Positions 27,501-32,000 of a DNA stretch of 32,000 nucleotides are shown piece after piece. Origin of the DNA: Sinorhizobium meliloti (GTDB lineage Bacteria; Pseudomonadota; Alphaproteobacteria; Rhizobiales; Rhizobiaceae). A program made the translations under genes and the position numbers. The DNA lies in assembly GCF_017876815.1 (NCBI RefSeq), contig NZ_JAGIOS010000001.1:780001-812000 (forward strand). The letters run 5' to 3'. The notes beneath the pieces are model-generated. The model had not been told where the DNA came from and did not search any database. It was given only the letters and a program-made list of their open reading frames with translations. Numbering within the stretch: position 1 is the first letter of the stretch; every line of letters starts with the position of its first letter.

Positions 27501-28888
27501 ATGGCCTCGATGCCCGGCGACTGATTGAAGGCTCCCAGGCTGACAGAGGTTTGCCCGCCTTTGATTCGGTCATTCCCTTCAAACCCGGCGTTGTTGACGA
27601 GGCCGATGCTGACCGATTCGTCGCCATCGGCCCAGCTTTCGGTACCGATACTGACGGATTTGTCACCCACAGCCTTGGCTGCATCGCCAATACTGACGGC
27701 TCCGCTGCTGGCTTGACTGCCCGTTCCGATGCTGACGGACCGGTCGCCGTTGGCCTTGGTATTGGTACCGATAGCGATGGCGTCGATCGCGGCCACGTCA
27801 TCCGGAATATCTAGATTGGCTTCTTTCGTACTCGCGCGCACGCCGAAAGCGATCGACCGGAGACCGCCGGCTGTGGTTTCGGTACCGATGCTGATGGAGC
27901 CCTGCCCCAGGGCATTGTTGCCGGCGCCGAGGCTTAGGGATTGCTCGCCGCTGGCCACGTTGCTGCTGCCGATGCCGATCGAGAGTTTGCCTGTTGCCGT
28001 GTTGCCCGCGCCGATGCCGATGGATTGCTCATTGCCGGCCTGATTCTGTCTGCCGATGGCGAGAGACCGGTCGCCATTGGCCTGTGCATCCGTACCGATT
28101 GCAATGGCATCAGACGCGCCGCCCGGGTCCGCTTCGTTGGCCACCGTATCCGGGTCGTCGACTACCAGCGATTTCGTACGCGCACGCACGCCCATGGCGA
28201 TCGACTGGGAGCCCCCGGCCTTGGTCTGCTCGGCCTCTCGCCAAGCGAAGGCATCATCTCCACCGATTGCGATTGCCCGAACATTGGCCGCGTATGCAGA
28301 CTGCCCGATGGCAACCGATCCGTTTGAATTCGCGTAACTACCGTTACCGAATGCAAGTGAACCGCTGCCGGCCGAGACCGATTGGCGTCCCAGCGCCACA
28401 GAGTTGCTACCAAGCGATTGCGCGACTGAACCTATGGCAATGCCGGAAACCCCAGAAGAAGTCGCCAGGCCGCCGATCGCTATTGCTGAGGCCCCCGTCG
28501 CCTCGGCTGTAGATCCAAGGGCGGTTGCGCCAAACCCGGTTGCAACAGACCCAGAACCCACTGCAGTGGGGCAATAGTCCTTCGTGAAATCGATATCAGA
28601 TGGGGTTCCCTGATTTCCATTACTGGCGATTGAAGTCGAGCAAGCGTTGCCCGTCGCCGCATCGGCGCCGGTCTCGTTGTTGTTATCGCCCGAGACTTGA
28701 GTGGACTTCGTCACCTGCTGCGCCGCGGCAATCGGCGCTAGACCGATCGCCATTGCCACTGCAACCGCGGCCCCTGTGACCCCGGACATCCAGCCGCCCC
28801 GCCCCGCCCCGGCGCCGGCCCCGAGCAGGCCACCTCCCCGGCCGCGGCCGAAGCCCGGCACCCGGCACGACAGCCGCAGCACCGCCAT
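24524..28888 (-). CDS. trimeric autotransporter adhesin (YadA/BadA-like), about 1454 aa
   Basis: Dozens of YadA-head-type repeats are present (SIAIG..A.A.G..S(I/V)(A/S)IG). Six neck/stalk motifs are present: DAANVAQLK, DAVNFSQLRQ, DAVNGSQLF, DAVNGGQLF, DAVNGSQLY and DAVNVGQLD. A coiled-coil stalk leads to a C-terminal 4-strand anchor (AAIGLAAASLRFDNEPGKLSVALGGGFWRSEGALAFGAGYTSEDGRVRANLTGAAAGGNVGVGAGLSITLN). The start is uncertain: I chose the ATG at 28888, with alternatives at 28789 and the TTG at 29008. Confidence 0.85.
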   Translation of the reverse strand: MAVLRLSCRVPGFGRGRGGGLLGAGAGAGRGGWMSGVTGAAVAVAMAIGLAPIAAAQQVTKSTQVSGDNNNETGADAATGNACSTSIASNGNQGTPSDIDFTKDYCPTAVGSGSVATGFGATALGSTAEATGASAIAIGGLATSSGVSGIAIGSVAQSLGSNSVALGRQSVSAGSGSLAFGNGSYANSNGSVAIGQSAYAANVRAIAIGGDDAFAWREAEQTKAGGSQSIAMGVRARTKSLVVDDPDTVANEADPGGASDAIAIGTDAQANGDRSLAIGRQNQAGNEQSIGIGAGNTATGKLSIGIGSSNVASGEQSLSLGAGNNALGQGSISIGTETTAGGLRSIAFGVRASTKEANLDIPDDVAAIDAIAIGTNTKANGDRSVSIGTGSQASSGAVSIGDAAKAVGDKSVSIGTESWADGDESVSIGLVNNAGFEGNDRIKGGQTSVSLGAFNQSPGIEAIAIGARNEANADRSIAIGSRAKTKAADPAQADGGARDAVAIGTDALANDDRSISIGWNSSTSLNDSISIGTRATSGSAGDIMIGTGSGTGSTSGQNNVALGVAASQKVKGSSNIAIGDSAGGSREGDNNVAIGTNAGIQFSESEHETAVRADLVVSDAVSIGNEALASADEAIAIGTGAVASGLKSISIGVGNTVSGASSGAIGDPTDITGTGSYSLGNDNTIAADNAGTFGNDNTLADAADGSRVIGNGNNIDVSDAFVLGNGADVTEVGGVALGSGSVSDTGADVAGYVPGGASTADQNAIEATQSTRGAVAVGNPDAETGVYRQITGVAAGTADSDAANVAQLKSVETIAKTGWKLTTDSGSIDGIGPGDELVLKGGDGNIVISNQILSNDVSIDLADEIEVNRVTARDPDTGASTVLDENGLSFTTQDANGEDTALGPRVTAAGIQAAGKITNVAAGEADTDAVNFSQLRQVETASGNTDQRAVKYDWTDANTNGVIDEGELNLDSVTLAGGMGGTRISNLAPGALSAASTDAVNGSQLFGLRSRVSNVAVALGGGAAYDPVKDEWIAPKYTIGGTDYSNVGDALAAVGGTAGAGWSLSAQGANASNVAPGETVDLRSGDGNIVVSKAETGDTVSFDLADDLDVSESITVGADPADPNAPTTVITGGSIVIGSTMLGSNGLVITGGPSVTTDGIDAGGMKVTNVANGTVAKDSKDAVNGGQLFDVVANATANGVGYDDKSKGTLTLEGANGTKITNVAAGDLNANSTDAVNGSQLYATNVKVDRLDTEVKEIDSRVTYIESFQGDLENAAVYDTDAAGKRLNTLTLEGGDPDKPVLIANVAKGVKATDAVNVGQLDESVAESKSYTDEKTEWAIDQAAIYTDQVIETKVSAVNNYAQQRFAQLSGEIGQVRSEARQAAAIGLAAASLRFDNEPGKLSVALGGGFWRSEGALAFGAGYTSEDGRVRANLTGAAAGGNVGVGAGLSITLN

Positions 28889-29061
28889 CAACCGGCGGCG
28901 GAGTGAGCTGTTCGCCCCCGCGTCCGGATGCCAGTGTCTTGCCAAATCCCGGTTTCGGCGGGTGTCGGAAGATGGATGATTCCTGTAGGTCAAGATACAC
29001 TCTCGCAAATCTGATGAACATGCCCGGGGGCAGGGCCCGGACGGGTGCGCTTCATGTCCCC

Positions 29062-29565
29062 TTATTTCTCGACCTGAACGCGGTAGGTCGTAACCAGCGT
29101 TGCGCCCGGCGGGAGGGCTTCCGAAACCCGCCAGCGGATCTGGCGGTAGTCCGACGCTTCCGCCTCGACGCGGCTTTTCGTGCCATCCTCAAGGGTAACG
29201 GTCTTGTAGGCCGGCACCCCCTGCCAGGACTCGCCGTCGATCAGCACTTCGAAGGCGGCCTTGAGCGAGACCGCGCGCCCGGCGTCGACAAAAGAGGTAT
29301 TGGACGGGATCGGCCCGTTGATGACCAGGCCGGAAAGCGGCTCCTTCGCCACGTTCTCATAGCGCCCCGTGTACTGCAGAAGGTCTCCCGGAGCGGCGGC
29401 CTCGGCGGGCGAGAAGGTTTCCTTTCCACCTTCCCCGATCTCCACGCTCTGTACGCCGAGATTGGCTGAAAGCGGGCTCGCCGGCTTCTGATCCTGCGCC
29501 GCCGCACTCCATGACAGGAGCATCAGGCCGGCCGCAAAAATGGACGATGTAATCGAGTGCCTCAC
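29062..29565 (-). CDS. small secreted DUF11-like (conserved repeat domain) beta-sandwich protein
   Basis: A GTG start at 29565 is preceded by GGAGA. The signal peptide is (M)RHSITSSIFAAGLMLLSWSAAAQ. The mature part reads ...APGDLLQYTGRYENVAKEPLSGLVINGPIPSNTSFV...IRWRVSEALPPGATLVTTYRVQVEK. Third-codon-position GC is high in this frame. Confidence 0.65.
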   Translation of the reverse strand: MRHSITSSIFAAGLMLLSWSAAAQDQKPASPLSANLGVQSVEIGEGGKETFSPAEAAAPGDLLQYTGRYENVAKEPLSGLVINGPIPSNTSFVDAGRAVSLKAAFEVLIDGESWQGVPAYKTVTLEDGTKSRVEAEASDYRQIRWRVSEALPPGATLVTTYRVQVEK

Positions 29566-32000
29566 ACGTTGTCTCCATCTGAAGCGCCGCGCGTCTGACG
29601 GACGTCGATACGGCGTTGAGCGCTGCAAGGCCTGACCTCGAATCGGTCCCGGCACGCAGGGGCGGCTTGGCGCAAGTGGCCGGCCCCTGTGTTTCGGCCG
29701 TCGTCACTTGCGCCGTGACGGTACAGCTGCTCGGCCCGGCCGCAAGTTTGCCCCCGCTGAAGCTGATTTTGTTGCCGTCGGTTACGGAAACACTGCCTTC
29801 GCACTGGGAAACTGCCGGCGTGCCGGCGAGCACCAGGCCGCCCGGCAGGGTGTCGGCGAAGGCAAGCCCTGTCTGCGCGGCCGCATCGGCGGGGTTTGTG
29901 AGCGTGAAGGTCAGCGTGAAGGTCTCGCCCTTCTTCACCGAACCTGCTGAGAATTTCTTGGTCAGCGACGGTTTCAGTTCGGTGATCTGGACATAGCCGT
30001 CGGCGCCTTTGTTGTTTTCGTTGGAGTTGACTGCGGTCAAGGAAGAGGAAGGAGTCCTGACGAACAGGCCGCTTTTGTTGCTGTAGCATGAGCCTCCGCC
30101 CTCCGAGGCGGTTCCGCTGCTCGTGGCGTTGTAGGGATATCCGCTGCCGGCTTTGCCTCCGGTATATCCGCCCCCGCCCCCGCCGCCGCTGCCGCCGTCG
30201 CTACTGCCGCTGATATCGGCGGCAGATGCGCCGTTACCGGAACTATTGCAATTGGCATTCGCTGTGGGAGTTCGGGCGTTTCCGCCATCTTTCGGATCGG
30301 GAGCGGTCGAACCGGACGAGGCTCCGGCCGCGCCGCCGCCGCCGCCGCCGCCGGCTTTCAATACGGTTGTTCCTCCCAGTGCCAGCGAGGTCCCGCCACC
30401 ACCGCCGCCGCCGGGAGAGCCACCGGTAATGCTCGTGGTGTCGCCGCCATCACCGCCTCGTCCCGTGCCGGAGCCTCCGGCCCCTCCATTGTCGCTAAAG
30501 CCATTGACGCCGCCGCCGCTGCCAACCGTGCCGGTGATCGTGTCACCCGGGACAACATTCACGATCGCGTCGATGATCCGGGCTGCACCTCCCTTGCTGA
30601 AGGGGGTCCTGAGGAAGTTATCACCCGTCCCGCCGACGCCACCGACCAACCGCACCTTCACCCGCGTTACGCCCGCCGGGACGGTATAGGTGTAGAGCTC
30701 GCCGCCGACGCCGGTCGTAACGCCGTCGAAACCTTCCAGCCCCGTTGCCGGCTCGACGCTGCCGGGCAGGCGCACCACCCCCTCGACGACGCCGGCAACG
30801 ATCCGCTTGCTGTCGTCGGCAAGGAGCTTCACCTCGGCCTCGTAGCGGCCGAGGCCGTTGCGCACCGCGATCTTGTGGGTGCCGGAGAGCGCCGGCGGAT
30901 AATAGTCGACGAGGGCCTCGCCCTTGTCGACGAAGACCTGGACACCGGGTTCGGTCGCCCGTATGTCCTCGGCCCCCCACCGGCCCCGGCCGGAGGTCTC
31001 GAGCGTCACGTCCATCGAGGCATGGGTGGGAACGCCGTCGGCGTCGACGAACCGGATCAGCACCGGGATGGCCGAGGCCGGATCGGCGAAGGCCGCGGGC
31101 GGAGCCACGAGTTCGATCCGCGCCGGACGCCCGGGCGCCAGAACGGTGATTTCATTGCGCTCGCGGACATTGCCGAACGGGTCGGAAAAAGTGGCCTCGA
31201 GCCTGTTGCGGCCGCCTTCGAGGCGGATCGCGACATATTCGGCCGCCTGAACGCCCCCTGAAGCGTAGACGACCCGCTGGCCGACCTGCCCATCGGAGAC
31301 AGGTTCGCCGTTGAGATTGAGCCCCAGCTTCCCTTCCGCCGGTCCCTTGATGCGGACCGAGACGATGTCGCTGTTGACCAGGCTGTCGGCCTCGAGGTCC
31401 AGAAAGCCGAGTGCCGGCGAGAGCCCGCGGATCTCCGCTTCCAGATCGCGCGTGCGGTCGAGCGCGAGTGCCTGCGGCGCGTCGGCCTTCCCGGATTCTG
31501 CCGACTCTTCCTCCGACTGTTCCCGCGCGACGATCTGCGTTTCGGTGGTCTTGGCCGCTTCGCGGCGGGAAGACGACAGACGCCCGAAGTAATCCACCCA
31601 TTCCTCGCCTCCCGGATTCAGCCGCTCGGGAACGCTTACAGTCTTGCTGGCGGCGATGTTTTCGGCATAGGCCTGCCGGCGAGACTCGAGTTCGGCAAGC
31701 ACCTCCTCGCGGCTCACGCCCTCCCTCGGCGAGACGGCGAAATATTCGCTCACCACCTGCCCCGGCAGCAAACGCAGATAGCGGCTCTGCGGGCTCAGCG
31801 CGTCGCGCGCCGTGGTCGACCGAAGCTTTACCGTTGCCGGCAGCGTGGGCGTCGAAACGGCGATGACATGCGAACCGGGCGGCAGTCCGGGCAGCGAATA
31901 TTTACCGTCGATATCGGTGACGACGCTCGCTCCGTTCGAGAACTGGAGCTTGACGCCCGGAACTCCCGGCTCCACGCGCTCCAACGCACCGTCCGCCGCA
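29357..32000 (-). CDS. giant secreted/surface multi-domain protein; the N-terminus runs off the right window edge
   Basis: The frame is open to the window edge. Domains seen: a Cna-B/carboxypeptidase-regulatory-like segment (GVKLQFSNGASVVTDIDGKYSLPGLPPGSHVIAV); Ig-like segments (IPVLIRFVDADGVPTHASMDVTLE...); a glycine-rich domain at aa 428-669 of the listed ORF (nt 29978-30703); and a DUF11-like domain (SLTKKFSAGSVKKGETFTLTFTLTNPADAAAQTGLAFADTLPGGLV...SCTVTAQVT, nt 29672-29974). The last roughly 100 codons are low-quality and overlap the next gene. Confidence 0.75.
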   Translation of the reverse strand, partial: AADGALERVEPGVPGVKLQFSNGASVVTDIDGKYSLPGLPPGSHVIAVSTPTLPATVKLRSTTARDALSPQSRYLRLLPGQVVSEYFAVSPREGVSREEVLAELESRRQAYAENIAASKTVSVPERLNPGGEEWVDYFGRLSSSRREAAKTTETQIVAREQSEEESAESGKADAPQALALDRTRDLEAEIRGLSPALGFLDLEADSLVNSDIVSVRIKGPAEGKLGLNLNGEPVSDGQVGQRVVYASGGVQAAEYVAIRLEGGRNRLEATFSDPFGNVRERNEITVLAPGRPARIELVAPPAAFADPASAIPVLIRFVDADGVPTHASMDVTLETSGRGRWGAEDIRATEPGVQVFVDKGEALVDYYPPALSGTHKIAVRNGLGRYEAEVKLLADDSKRIVAGVVEGVVRLPGSVEPATGLEGFDGVTTGVGGELYTYTVPAGVTRVKVRLVGGVGGTGDNFLRTPFSKGGAARIIDAIVNVVPGDTITGTVGSGGGVNGFSDNGGAGGSGTGRGGDGGDTTSITGGSPGGGGGGGTSLALGGTTVLKAGGGGGGGAAGASSGSTAPDPKDGGNARTPTANANCNSSGNGASAADISGSSDGGSGGGGGGGYTGGKAGSGYPYNATSSGTASEGGGSCYSNKSGLFVRTPSSSLTAVNSNENNKGADGYVQITELKPSLTKKFSAGSVKKGETFTLTFTLTNPADAAAQTGLAFADTLPGGLVLAGTPAVSQCEGSVSVTDGNKISFSGGKLAAGPSSCTVTAQVTTAETQGPATCAKPPLRAGTDSRSGLAALNAVSTSVRRAALQMETTCEALDYIVHFCGRPDAPVMECGGAGSEAGEPAFSQSRRTERGDRGRWKGNLLARRGRRSGRPSAVHGAL

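Noticed and set aside
24524-28700. Possible CRISPR-like or tandem repeat array, because of recurring 15-30-nt motifs such as GGTACCGATGCTGATGGA
   Set aside because: The repeats are in frame, imperfect and encode the YadA-head SIAIG repeat. There is no spacer/repeat periodicity and there are no cas genes.
29562-30089. 175-aa minus-strand ORF ending in a GTGA overlap with the small DUF11-like gene
   Set aside because: It is not a gene in itself, being Arg-rich and out of frame within the giant gene. I kept it only as a clue to a possible frameshift at the giant gene's 3' end (see findings).

Overview
High-GC (about 62%) alphaproteobacterial chromosomal DNA. From memory, gene content and order match the Sinorhizobium/Ensifer meliloti region SMc02165-SMc02181. 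I could not run a search to confirm this.

Left to right:
- pyrE-pyrC (minus strand).
- The fructose ABC-transporter operon frcB-frcC-frcA-frcK (minus strand). frcC is cleanly split by an intact 1.3-kb IS4-family insertion sequence with a 9-bp target-site duplication.
- Divergent ROK regulator frcR, followed by an RbsD/FucU-type mutarotase gene.
- doxX.
- The cAMP signalling module: clr, cyaD1, a FecR-domain gene, a Clr-box, a Sel1-like target gene and spdA.
- A YkgJ-type Cys-cluster protein gene.
- putA.
- yigZ, a frameshifted aldo/keto reductase, a DUF1810 gene, an unannotated 35-aa membrane peptide, an ICMT-family methyltransferase and a YbaK-like deacylase.
- A roughly 9-kb minus-strand cell-surface gene cluster that runs off the right edge. 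It encodes a giant beta-sandwich protein with an ALK-like glycine-rich domain and a DUF11-like C-terminal domain, a small DUF11-like secreted protein, a roughly 1450-aa trimeric autotransporter adhesin (TAA), an IalB-family protein and a membrane-anchored Cys-containing protein.

No tRNA, rRNA or CRISPR array was seen. Two intergenic loci carry related nested GC-rich palindromic (RIME/REP-like) repeats. Many long ORFs in the supplied track are antisense or shadow ORFs typical of high-GC DNA and were rejected.

The most novel-looking content is the surface cluster at 23.2-32 kb, which I cannot map to a described system. The cAMP module is a known system in S. meliloti.
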